58,446 nucleotides of DNA, taken from IMG/VR virus record IMGVR_UViG_3300025597_000001. The stretch is one strand, 5' to 3'. Every line of letters begins with the position of its first letter. The first letter of the stretch is position 1. Under the pieces are notes generated by a model, which was given only the letters and a program-made list of their open reading frames with translations, had not been told where the DNA came from and ran no database searches. The translations under genes and the position numbers were made by a program. Shown one piece after another: positions 1 through 7,408 of this stretch. The DNA comes from a virus.

Positions 1-127
1 ATTTAAACCCGTCAAAAATTAGTCTTCAAATTTACTTAAATTGTTGATTTAGCAGTCCGGGAAAAGGTCAAAAGTTGTCAACTATTATTAATATCTGTTA
101 CGCATTTTGTTAGCATTGCAGCCAACG
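1..127. repeat. Terminal direct repeat, identical to 58320..58446 (circular closure or terminal redundancy)
   Basis: Read directly: bases 1-127 (atttaaacccgtcaaaaatt...gcagccaacg) recur base for base at 58320-58446. The start codon of minus-strand ORF 57407..58321 overlaps the repeat start. Confidence 0.95.
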
Positions 128-241
128 ATAATTTAGGGTATGTGTTTTTTAAAAAAGAAGATGTTGATAGACTTAGACTGATTGAATCTATTTTAAGAAA
201 CTCTATTGGGTTCAAAATTGGATACATCTCCTATTTTCTAA

Positions 242-724
242 TCACCGCACTAAATTATTCTTATTCGGACAGTCCTTACAGATCGGAAGAGGTAGATAGA
301 AATGTACTCTCTCTTCCTCGTTTTTCATTTCTTCTTTCTTCATCTGCTGTAAGTCAGCTATCTTATTAAGTACTTCCGCTCTATCCTTGCCTTTTAAACC
401 ACTAAGGGACTTTATTAATTCGGCTATAATGAAATCCTTTTCTTTGTAGTTTTCAACAAGAGAACTAACATCATCATACGTTCCGTTGTTTTCTATTGTT
501 GTTTTTTCTGTTTTCAAATAGGTTATCAGAGAGTTTATTTGAGGATTCTCCCTTATATGCTTGTTAGCTAAAGTAGCACTTCCTGACGTTAAAGGCCTAA
601 AGATAGCTATATAAGCCTCTGTTGCTGATAAACCCATAGCCATAAGCATGGCGAAGTATACATCGTTCGATTCGCAGTTAAACTGCTTCATTAATCTTGC
701 CGTTAGGTTTTTTTCTTTTTCCAT
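242..724 (-). CDS. HTH DNA-binding protein, possibly small terminase-like
   Basis: 160-aa ORF whose ATG overlaps the int stop (TAATG at 722-726). GLSATEAYIAIF...ANKHIRENPQI resembles the HTH of Terminase_2-type small subunits. It is not adjacent to terL, so the call is tentative. Confidence 0.4.
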   Translation of the reverse strand: MEKEKNLTARLMKQFNCESNDVYFAMLMAMGLSATEAYIAIFRPLTSGSATLANKHIRENPQINSLITYLKTEKTTIENNGTYDDVSSLVENYKEKDFIIAELIKSLSGLKGKDRAEVLNKIADLQQMKKEEMKNEEERVHFYLPLPICKDCPNKNNLVR

Positions 725-1581
725 TACTTGAAGTTGCTATAAAATTCTTTTAGTTGCGGGTTATTTTCTACCAGAGAAACACAAATGTAACGCTCGGTTT
801 GTTCAATTGAGCTATGACCGAGAATTTTCGATATTTGATATATGTCGATTCCTTTTAAGTATAATAGTGTTGCTGCGGTTCTCCTTGCCGTATGGCTGGA
901 AACAAACGTCCACTTCTCTCCTTCTACATATTTTCCACCCTGATATAACTTAATCATATTGGTTATCCCTACATTCTTGCAAATATCCCTGATAATCCTG
1001 TTAAAGTAACAAAGCGAAAATTCAAGTCCTACAAAACCATAAGCCTCGTTTTCCTTAATCAATCTCTTAACAACTGGTGCTGCCGGAATATCTGCCTGTA
1101 TCCTTGTTTTCTTTGATACATACCGAAGTGTGTTGCCAAAGATGTTTTCTTCTGTGAACATGATATAGTCCGAATGCCTTGCTCCGGTCAGACAACCTAA
1201 AACAAACTGATTACGTATTGCTCTTTCTGTGTCGTTTAATGGTTCGTACGATATTATTTTCTGAACCTCATCTTCTGTAAGATAAACATGCTGGCTTACG
1301 TCCTTTTTTATTGTCAGGAGCTCACTGAATCCTCTTGGGAGTTCTATTTCGTCCGAATATAGGTTCAATACAGATTTAAGCATCGAACAATACGTTTTTG
1401 CGCTGCTCCTTGCCGTTTGTCGTAACATACCGTTGGCAAACTTATCCAAGTTTACTTTAGTCATGTTTTCCCATGTTGCTTTTTCGTGAGTTATTTTCTC
1501 GAATCTATTCAAGATACTGTCCGAGTATTTTGGGTATCTTGCTTTAAATGCTTCTCTTAGTGTTTCCATTGATAACAACAT
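724..1581 (-). CDS. int: Tyrosine recombinase / phage integrase
   Basis: 285 aa with the catalytic signature TGARHSD (Arg), SSHTARRTAAT (HxxR) and GHSSIEQTERYI (His...Tyr nucleophile). Confidence 0.85.
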   Translation of the reverse strand: MLLSMETLREAFKARYPKYSDSILNRFEKITHEKATWENMTKVNLDKFANGMLRQTARSSAKTYCSMLKSVLNLYSDEIELPRGFSELLTIKKDVSQHVYLTEDEVQKIISYEPLNDTERAIRNQFVLGCLTGARHSDYIMFTEENIFGNTLRYVSKKTRIQADIPAAPVVKRLIKENEAYGFVGLEFSLCYFNRIIRDICKNVGITNMIKLYQGGKYVEGEKWTFVSSHTARRTAATLLYLKGIDIYQISKILGHSSIEQTERYICVSLVENNPQLKEFYSNFK

Positions 1582-1655
1582 TTTTTATTCATTATAAGAA
1601 CTGTTTCGCAATCCCATCCGCTTAGTGAGACTGGATGTAAACTACCCACAAGCTA

Positions 1656-1841
1656 AAGATTTGTGGGCTTTAAACCTAAGAACGAATGCACTTGACAGTA
1701 CAACATACTCGGCTTTTCAGGGCTGTTTACAGAAGCCCCCAACAATGCTATATTCTTAGCTGCATTTTCGTCAGCATCGAATACAGAATTGCAGTTGCTA
1801 CAAGTAAATTTTTTGCCTTGTCTGTTGCCTATATGCAGGCA
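1656..1841 (-). pseudogene. Remnant of a TnpB/OrfB (IS200/IS605-type RNA-guided nuclease) C-terminus
   Basis: The minus-strand frame after the stop of ORF 1842..2495 reads GNRQGKKFTCSNCNSVFDADENAAKNIALLGASVNSPE. This is the F-x-C-x-x-C...DADxNAAxNI zinc-ribbon end of TnpB. There is no start codon and no N-terminal RuvC part. Confidence 0.5.
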
Positions 1842-2495
1842 TTAGCGGTCATGCCTACCGGACTGCTCCGTAATGAAGTTTGTCCATTGACTAACCATAG
1901 CCTGTGCAATTCCGGGAAACGTCTTTGAACGAAGTTTTGCACGTTCATCTTTCGGTAGTTTCCAAGCATCAGCATACCAGCCAGGCATTGTCTTACCGCT
2001 CTTAAATTCTTTTCTCGGTTCAGGTTTTACCACATTCGTAGGCGTTAATGTCGGTAGCCCTTTTAACCATAAGCACGTTTTCTTTTCGTATGGGTCGCCA
2101 AACTCATAAGGATTAATAATTTGGTCAGGTTTCCGCCATTCGCTACTCATTATGCCAACAGGATTTTCAATAGCTATGTAATCGCATTCAGCATTTGCGA
2201 ACATCAAAAAGAATTTAATCGCTTCTTCTCGGTCTTTATGCCTTTGCACGGCTTTTTCTCCGTATCGTTCAATATTAAACCATCGGTTGCCTGTTACCGT
2301 TAAGTATGTGCATGGCGGAAAGGCTACAATCATATCCCATTTCTGTTTTAGCAATTCGGTTACATCTTGCTGCAAATGCCATTCAGGATGTCCGCCACTG
2401 CACGGAAGTATATCACAAGAAAAAGCCTCGTGTCCTAACCCCCTAAATCTGTTTGTTAATGCCTGGCTTTCTTCACAGGCTACTAATATTTTCAT
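1842..2495 (-). CDS. Compact C5-cytosine DNA methyltransferase-like protein
   Basis: 217 aa with MKILVACEESQ at the N-terminus, FPPCTYLT (PC motif IV), IENPVG (ENV-like motif VI) and TFPGIAQAM near the C-terminus. Confidence 0.6.
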   Translation of the reverse strand: MKILVACEESQALTNRFRGLGHEAFSCDILPCSGGHPEWHLQQDVTELLKQKWDMIVAFPPCTYLTVTGNRWFNIERYGEKAVQRHKDREEAIKFFLMFANAECDYIAIENPVGIMSSEWRKPDQIINPYEFGDPYEKKTCLWLKGLPTLTPTNVVKPEPRKEFKSGKTMPGWYADAWKLPKDERAKLRSKTFPGIAQAMVSQWTNFITEQSGRHDR

Positions 2496-2534
2496 TCTAT
2501 TTTAGTTTTATCGTTAATAATCCGGCACGAACCG

Positions 2535-2657
2535 CTAATATCCGTTTGTGGCTATTATTTTTCCGTCTTTGTGTAAAATACCATCTGAGTAAGGTGAATA
2601 TCCCCCGCCAGTGCAATTATACATTGCGTTTATACGTTTTAATTCTTTTGTTTTCAT
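2535..2657 (-). CDS. Small hypothetical protein (40 aa)
   Basis: Hand-translated ATG..TAG ORF MKTKELKRINAMYNCTGGGYSPYSDGILHKDGKIIATNGY. It fills the gap between two minus-strand genes and is below the track cutoff. Confidence 0.3.
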   Translation of the reverse strand: MKTKELKRINAMYNCTGGGYSPYSDGILHKDGKIIATNGY

Positions 2658-2661
2658 TTTT

Positions 2662-3030
2662 TTATTGTTTTTCGTTCTCCATTTGTTCTAATTTCTTGCG
2701 TAATTCTTCTATTTCTTGTTCTTTTTCTTTCTTGGCCTTTTCTTTTATTTTTTCTTTCTCCTTGTCGAGAAATTTTTTGACATCGTTATATATTTTTTCG
2801 AGTGTTTCTGCCGTGTAGTTAAGAGGCATCTCTATTGTATTTTTGTATTCGGCTATTTCAACTTTCTCAAATCCCATTGAGTATTCTCTGTCTTTTGTAA
2901 AATATAAACTAATTTCGTCGTAAATACTATTACCATATTGCATAATAACATGCCGTTCAATAGGAGTTCTGCCAACAAAATCTGCGTATTCGTCGGCCAG
3001 CTTTTTCAGTTTTTTGATTTGTTCTTCCAT
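2662..3030 (-). CDS. Hypothetical protein with K/E-rich coiled-coil C-terminus
   Basis: 122-aa ORF in the co-oriented early cluster. The overlapping plus-strand ORF 2453..2818 is low-complexity shadow. Confidence 0.6.
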   Translation of the reverse strand: MEEQIKKLKKLADEYADFVGRTPIERHVIMQYGNSIYDEISLYFTKDREYSMGFEKVEIAEYKNTIEMPLNYTAETLEKIYNDVKKFLDKEKEKIKEKAKKEKEQEIEELRKKLEQMENEKQ

Positions 3031-3182
3031 TGCTTTAAATTTTAGTTTAGTTTGCCTACTCTATCATGGCTTTTCGGACTCCGCCATTTTTCCGTAAAGA
3101 TACGAATAGTTTGATAAACAACAAACCAAAAGTTACTTATTTACATGTATTTAACTAAATAGATTTGTTTTTTACGTTTGTT

Positions 3183-3446
3183 TTATTCGTCACTGTCAAT
3201 CATATAGCACTTTGTTGCCGTACCTCTTTGTTTTCTTGTGTCTATCATTTTGTTTGAATCAATAAGCACCATTGCGCTTGCTATTATTTCGGGGTTCTCG
3301 TAGGTTCTTGCAACCCTTAACTTTAATCCTAAAAAGTCCTCCACTTGTTTTTTGGTCAACTTTTCGGAGTAAATTCTCGGATCGTCTGCCATCAGATTAA
3401 TAACTGATCCAAAATATTTTTCAATTTGCCAAAACATTGTTCCCAT
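3183..3446 (-). CDS. Hypothetical protein
   Basis: 87-aa ORF, tightly spaced with 3464..4006. Confidence 0.55.
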   Translation of the reverse strand: MGTMFWQIEKYFGSVINLMADDPRIYSEKLTKKQVEDFLGLKLRVARTYENPEIIASAMVLIDSNKMIDTRKQRGTATKCYMIDSDE

Positions 3447-3463
3447 TTTATTCTTAATTTTAT

Positions 3464-4006
3464 TTATTCGTAAATATACATTCCTAAATCAACTATATGT
3501 CCACAAATGTCGGTTGTCGTTACATTCAATTCTTCAACTTTAGTTCCGATAATAAGGCGGTTACTGCCTTTTGCGAGTTTTCCGGTGTACATTGAAATAT
3601 CAGCTCCAGCACCAAGTGCATACATTTCTTTGAGAGTAAGTTCAGCCTCCCGGTAAATTTTAACATCCGATTTCTTAACGCTTTTCCATTCAATAAACAG
3701 AAAAGTATCCGGCACGAAAGTCCTATTCATAATTCCCAAATTATAAAGAACCTCTTCACGTGTGGCAACGTTACCGTTCAGTTGGTCTCCGAATTTAGTG
3801 GCATTGTTTTCGTGCCATGAAAAACGAACGGTTATTATTTTTCCGTTATTGTTATTCGTGTAGGTAACATACACGCTTTCGGTGGTTTTACTTTCATTTA
3901 CGGTTGTAACGATAAAAGGAAATTCGGAAAAATCGAATAAATCATAAGATACGTGATAATTTCCGTTACCTATTGGATTGTCCTGTCTGTCAGATTTTGC
4001 TTTCAT
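3464..4006 (-). CDS. Hypothetical protein
   Basis: 180-aa ORF with no recognisable motif. Confidence 0.6.
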   Translation of the reverse strand: MKAKSDRQDNPIGNGNYHVSYDLFDFSEFPFIVTTVNESKTTESVYVTYTNNNNGKIITVRFSWHENNATKFGDQLNGNVATREEVLYNLGIMNRTFVPDTFLFIEWKSVKKSDVKIYREAELTLKEMYALGAGADISMYTGKLAKGSNRLIIGTKVEELNVTTTDICGHIVDLGMYIYE

Positions 4007-4120
4007 TGTTATTTCATTTAGTTTTAATTATTGTTTTCTGCCGTTGTTTTTTCTGTTTGTTTTCTGCCTCCACAAGGCCATATTTTCTGCGTTCATGTTT
4101 TCTGCTTTGCAAATGAATAT

Positions 4121-4145
4121 GGGAGAGTGCAAAATACACCCTCCC
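4121..4145 (-). terminator. GC-rich hairpin just downstream of ORF 4155..4463
   Basis: gggagagtg-caaaata-caccctccc, a 9-bp stem with one mismatch. On the minus strand it follows the stop codon and is followed by a weak T-tract. Confidence 0.4.
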
Positions 4146-4154
4146 GATTGATTG

Positions 4155-4463
4155 TTATTTGTTTATACCTTCAAAATATCGAAGGAGCGTCGTAAATCTT
4201 TCGATGTATTGGTTTTTTATGTAATCGTTCAATATTACTCCGCTTCTTTCGTTTTCGATCACCGTGCCCGAAAAATCGATATTTAACATCTTACATGCAA
4301 CCTCCGTAAAATGTTCGAGCTTCTTGTCGAGGTAATTTATATCAATGTTTCGATATCCTCCGTTTTTCAACCCATCGATAATTTTGTTTATAGGATCAAT
4401 AAGCGTTACGTCGATAATAAATTTATTCACGACGTCGTTTTCTATGTTTAGTGTTGCTTTCAT
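4155..4463 (-). CDS. Hypothetical protein
   Basis: 102-aa ORF. Confidence 0.6.
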   Translation of the reverse strand: MKATLNIENDVVNKFIIDVTLIDPINKIIDGLKNGGYRNIDINYLDKKLEHFTEVACKMLNIDFSGTVIENERSGVILNDYIKNQYIERFTTLLRYFEGINK

Positions 4464-4486
4464 TTTATCTGTTTTTTGTTTTCTGT

Positions 4487-4684
4487 TTAGATTATTTCAA
4501 ATCTGAATCTATTCTTTTTCTTAACAACCCGAAACCTATCCATTCTGCCCTTGCTATTAGTCAAAGAATACACGCCGTCCTCACCTTCATGCAGTTCAAT
4601 ACTTGTCGAATAAAAGTAATCATTCACCATCTTTGTTATTCTCTCCAGAGTAGGAGCACTTGCCAACAATGTTACTGTTTTCAT
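4487..4684 (-). CDS. Hypothetical protein
   Basis: 65-aa ORF. The antisense plus-strand ORF 4451..4699 looks like shadow. Confidence 0.5.
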   Translation of the reverse strand: MKTVTLLASAPTLERITKMVNDYFYSTSIELHEGEDGVYSLTNSKGRMDRFRVVKKKNRFRFEII

Positions 4685-4695
4685 TTGTCTAAAAT

Positions 4696-4800
4696 TTAAA
4701 ATAGTTCAACGATAATTCTTATTACAAAATAAGCAGCTGCCGATAAAACGGCAGTCCAGCATAAAATATCCATTAATTTTTCTTTGTTTTCGGCGTTCAT
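4696..4800 (-). CDS. Small membrane peptide (34 aa)
   Basis: Hand-translated MNAENKEKLMDILCWTAVLSAAAYFVIRIIVELF with one hydrophobic helix. It is preceded by a CAGAAAACAA leader motif. Confidence 0.35.
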   Translation of the reverse strand: MNAENKEKLMDILCWTAVLSAAAYFVIRIIVELF

Positions 4801-4848
4801 TTTCTTTTGTTTTTTTTGTGATTGTTTTCTGTCTTATATAAATCCATA

Positions 4849-4877
4849 GGATAGGATGGCCGTTAACCACCCTATCC
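4849..4877 (-). terminator. Hairpin 10 nt downstream of ORF 4887..5279
   Basis: ggatagg-N15-cctatcc, a 7-bp stem. Confidence 0.35.
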
Positions 4878-4886
4878 CTAAATTAT

Positions 4887-5279
4887 TCAATCTTCTTCGA
4901 AGTATCCCCTTGCTTTCAAATATTCTTTTAACTCAAACGATTTAAAATCAATACTTTTGGCAATTATTTGCAATTCTTCGTCCGTGCAGTCCTCAATGTA
5001 TTTGCAATAATCGGTATCAAAATCTCCGTCAAAATCGAGCCTCCCGATTAATCCTTTCGGATCGTCGTCCGAAACAAAATTGCCTGCTCCGTCGTAAATT
5101 TTTATCTTAATGAATCGGCCACGTTCGTCCCGATCCCGATAAAAGATATTATCGGCATTCAACTTCTGTAAATCCCTGAAGTTTAACTCGCCCAGAAAAG
5201 TTTTATGCCCGGCATTGTAAAATCTGCCGCCGCGTCCAATATGAAAAGCAACAATGATTTGGTTTTCTTTTGTTTTCAT
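4887..5279 (-). CDS. Hypothetical protein
   Basis: 130-aa ORF. Confidence 0.6.
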   Translation of the reverse strand: MKTKENQIIVAFHIGRGGRFYNAGHKTFLGELNFRDLQKLNADNIFYRDRDERGRFIKIKIYDGAGNFVSDDDPKGLIGRLDFDGDFDTDYCKYIEDCTDEELQIIAKSIDFKSFELKEYLKARGYFEED

Positions 5280-5281
5280 TT

Positions 5282-5443
5282 TTACTTAATTTTTAAAGTG
5301 AATAATTCGCGCCTGCGTTGTCTTTTTTTGAGTACACGAGCCGCTGCTTCGCTTCTCTCGCCCAAATTCAGGCCTGCAATAGCCGCGAGCCTTTCGGCGC
5401 TGCTTTTTGCGCCGATTGAATCCAAATATTTTTCTACGTCCAT
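5282..5443 (-). CDS. Small basic hypothetical protein (53 aa)
   Basis: Hand-translated MDVEKYLDSIGAKSSAERLAAIAGLNLGERSEAAARVLKKRQRRRELFTLKIK. It ends 2 nt before the next start. Plus-strand ORF 5205..5570 is its antisense shadow. Confidence 0.45.
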   Translation of the reverse strand: MDVEKYLDSIGAKSSAERLAAIAGLNLGERSEAAARVLKKRQRRRELFTLKIK

Positions 5444-5461
5444 TTTAGTAAATTTTAATTG

Positions 5462-5644
5462 TTACCGACAATACTCCATATCCGTGCCGACGTCTTCGCC
5501 GAGCGTCGTATTTTCGCGTATAGTGCTATACACGTTCAGAATTTCGTACATTGTTTTTCGCGTTGTATAGTCGTATGTTTCGTTAAATTCAACATACTTG
5601 CCTCTATACTTTTTGTTTACTTGTTCTTTAGTTAGCGTTTTCAT
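5462..5644 (-). CDS. Hypothetical protein (60 aa, internal start chosen)
   Basis: The track ORF 5462..5791 begins with implausible hydrophobic junk. MKTLTKEQVNKKYRGKY starts at 5644, right after a CAGAAAACAA leader. Confidence 0.5.
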   Translation of the reverse strand: MKTLTKEQVNKKYRGKYVEFNETYDYTTRKTMYEILNVYSTIRENTTLGEDVGTDMEYCR

Positions 5645-5747
5645 TTTGTTTTCTGTATTTAATTTGTTGTTTTTCGCGCCCATTTTCGGCGATTGTTTTT
5701 TTCGGTTGTTTTCTGCTCCAATACTTCGCATAAATAGGCAAAGAATC

Positions 5748-5769
5748 GGGAGGGTGCAAATAACCCTCC
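5748..5769 (-). terminator. GC-rich hairpin related to 4121..4145
   Basis: The ggaggg/ccctcc stem has the same GGGAGGGTG...CCCTCC flavour as the 4.1-kb hairpin. It lies at the stop of ORF 5775..6191. Confidence 0.35.
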
Positions 5770-5774
5770 AAATT

Positions 5775-6191
5775 TTACATGTAAGCCTCAATTTCGGCTA
5801 CTTTTTTGCTCTCTATTTCCTCCAATAACTCAATGTATTTTTTGAAGTTATTGAGAAAATAAAGCGCCTCTTCATTAGTCGCGAAGTCAACCCATTTTGA
5901 ATAATCACCAGCGTAATAAAAGCCGGGACGTCCGTCTCCGTAGTCAGAATTTCGGCATACGTTTAAAACTCCGCTTTGATAATAGTAATCTTTTTTGATA
6001 ACTAAATATTTATGAGTGTAATAACTCGCCGATTTTGTTACAAGCGAAAGATCACCGAGCTCCTCAATTTCGAGCTCCTCCATTTTTTTAATTACGATGT
6101 TAGCTAAATCCTCAACCTTGTTAGCTAAATTTCGCGACAGTCTTTTGTAGTCGTTTCGTTCGATAATTTGTTGTAAAGTTTTCATCTTCAT
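5775..6191 (-). CDS. Hypothetical protein
   Basis: 138-aa ORF. Confidence 0.6.
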   Translation of the reverse strand: MKMKTLQQIIERNDYKRLSRNLANKVEDLANIVIKKMEELEIEELGDLSLVTKSASYYTHKYLVIKKDYYYQSGVLNVCRNSDYGDGRPGFYYAGDYSKWVDFATNEEALYFLNNFKKYIELLEEIESKKVAEIEAYM

Positions 6192-6333
6192 TTAATTTTA
6201 AAAGTTAGTAATTTGTACCCGCTCGAACATTCAATGTTCACGCTCTTTTATTTTCAAAAAGCTAAAGCGGGTTATTTTTCTTCTTTATGCCATATAAAGG
6301 CCGCCGATTGTTTTTGTTCTTACTTTCATAAAT

Positions 6334-6609
6334 TTATATTTCTGTGAATTTAACAATACTTTGACAGTAGTAATTTTCAGGATCGTGAGGCACAAGCCTC
6401 CCGATTGAAAATCCAACGCCGCCGCGCTTTTTTGTTAACTCGCGCGCTTGTCTTAACATAGAATCTAAAGATAAACGACCGTCCAACTGCATTAATGAAT
6501 CACTCCCGCAGCCGGGCATTGGATACCTATCCTCAAAATTCATTTTACCTGCTTTGTTGTCCCATCTGCCTGCTGACAACCGCCAAATAAATACATATTT
6601 TTCTTTCAT
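6334..6609 (-). CDS. Hypothetical protein
   Basis: 91-aa ORF. Confidence 0.55.
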   Translation of the reverse strand: MKEKYVFIWRLSAGRWDNKAGKMNFEDRYPMPGCGSDSLMQLDGRLSLDSMLRQARELTKKRGGVGFSIGRLVPHDPENYYCQSIVKFTEI

Positions 6610-6654
6610 TTTAGTTTGTTTTTTTTGATCCTTTCGGATCGGTTTATATTATTT

Positions 6655-6684
6655 CTAAAAAATTAATCAACCCGCCGGCCGGGT
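6655..6684 (-). terminator. Intrinsic terminator after ORF 6784..7332
   Basis: On the minus strand, the GC hairpin acccggccggcgggt is followed by tgattaatttttt. Confidence 0.45.
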
Positions 6685-6783
6685 GGCTTGCGTAATTGGG
6701 AGTTACGTAATAAATTTTATTATCGATCATAACCTCCCTTTTTCCAATCTTTTGTTTTCAAAGATTTAACGGAGGTTTAAGTG

Positions 6784-7332
6784 TTAAATACAAGGAGCAA
6801 CAAAGCAGCGCATAACAGGTTGACCGTTTACGATAACAAATTGAACTTTATGAATTTTGAAAGTTACATCATCGAACTGCCAACGCCCGTTTATAAGGGA
6901 ATAACTTCCCCCTTTTTTGCCGGTACTTTTGTACACTTCGATAAAATCATCGGTTTTTTTGCCAAAACTGTTACCCTCTATATGTACATCATCGGCGATG
7001 ATTATTTTACTAAATTCTGAATTTGCAAAGGCATGACCGCCGATAAAATTACAATTCGGAATTTCAAGCGTGCCGGTACATTTACTGTTTTCAAAGGCGT
7101 AACTTTCTATCCTCTCCACTTTCCGCAGGTCGTAAACGCTTGTGAAGTTTGAATTTTCAAAAGAGCTTGCTCCAATCCACTTACATTTTGGAAAGTTAAT
7201 TGCACCCTCAAAGGAACTGTTATAAAAAGCACGGCCGCCAATTTCTTTGACTTTCGGAAGTGAAATAATGCCGGTTAAATTTTCATTCTCAAATTGCCGA
7301 TAATCGATTTTCCTTAATTTTAAAGTTTTCAT
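6784..7332 (-). CDS. BspA-type leucine-rich repeat (LRR_5-like) protein
   Basis: 182 aa with about 23-aa repeats carrying the F/AFxNSxF pattern (AFYNSSFEG, SSFENSNFT, YAFENSKCTG, HAFANSEFS). Confidence 0.65.
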   Translation of the reverse strand: MKTLKLRKIDYRQFENENLTGIISLPKVKEIGGRAFYNSSFEGAINFPKCKWIGASSFENSNFTSVYDLRKVERIESYAFENSKCTGTLEIPNCNFIGGHAFANSEFSKIIIADDVHIEGNSFGKKTDDFIEVYKSTGKKGGSYSLINGRWQFDDVTFKIHKVQFVIVNGQPVMRCFVAPCI

Positions 7333-7376
7333 TTTATTTAATTTTGTGCTCTTTCGAGCGGTTTATTTTAGTATTG

Positions 7377-7408
7377 TAAAGGTAACATCATCCAGAGAAT
7401 CCGCCAAA
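7377..7408 (-). promoter_or_regulatory. Candidate Bacteroidota-type promoter for the leftward early operon
   Basis: The minus strand reads TTTG (7408..7405), then 20 nt, then TACCTTTA (7384..7377). This is one mismatch from TAnnTTTG. Confidence 0.35.

Larger units (their letters stand above)
4031..5715 (-). repeat. Dispersed 10-mer CAGAAAACAA (plus strand TTGTTTTCTG), at least 6 exact copies in early-gene leaders
   Basis: Exact plus-strand copies at 4031-4040, 4057-4066, 4486-4495, 4822-4831, 5646-5655 and 5706-5715. Near-copies lie at 4083-4090 and 4096-4105. Confidence 0.7.

Noticed and set aside
142-369. Plus-strand 75-aa ORF at the window start
   Set aside because: It overlaps the better-supported minus-strand ORF 242..724 antisense and has a serine/leucine-rich junk-like C-terminus.
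1582-1841. attP core adjacent to int
   Set aside because: An attachment site is expected near the integrase gene. However, I cannot recognise a tRNA- or tmRNA-derived segment or a bacterial target from this sequence alone, so no attP is called.
1686-1928. Plus-strand 80-aa ORF next to int
   Set aside because: It is antisense to the TnpB-like remnant and to the 3' end of ORF 1842..2495. It has no motif and an implausible composition, so it is treated as shadow.
5205-5570. Plus-strand 121-aa ORF
   Set aside because: It is antisense to three compact minus-strand genes (4887..5279, 5282..5443, 5462..5644) that fit the operon structure. Its product is low-complexity.
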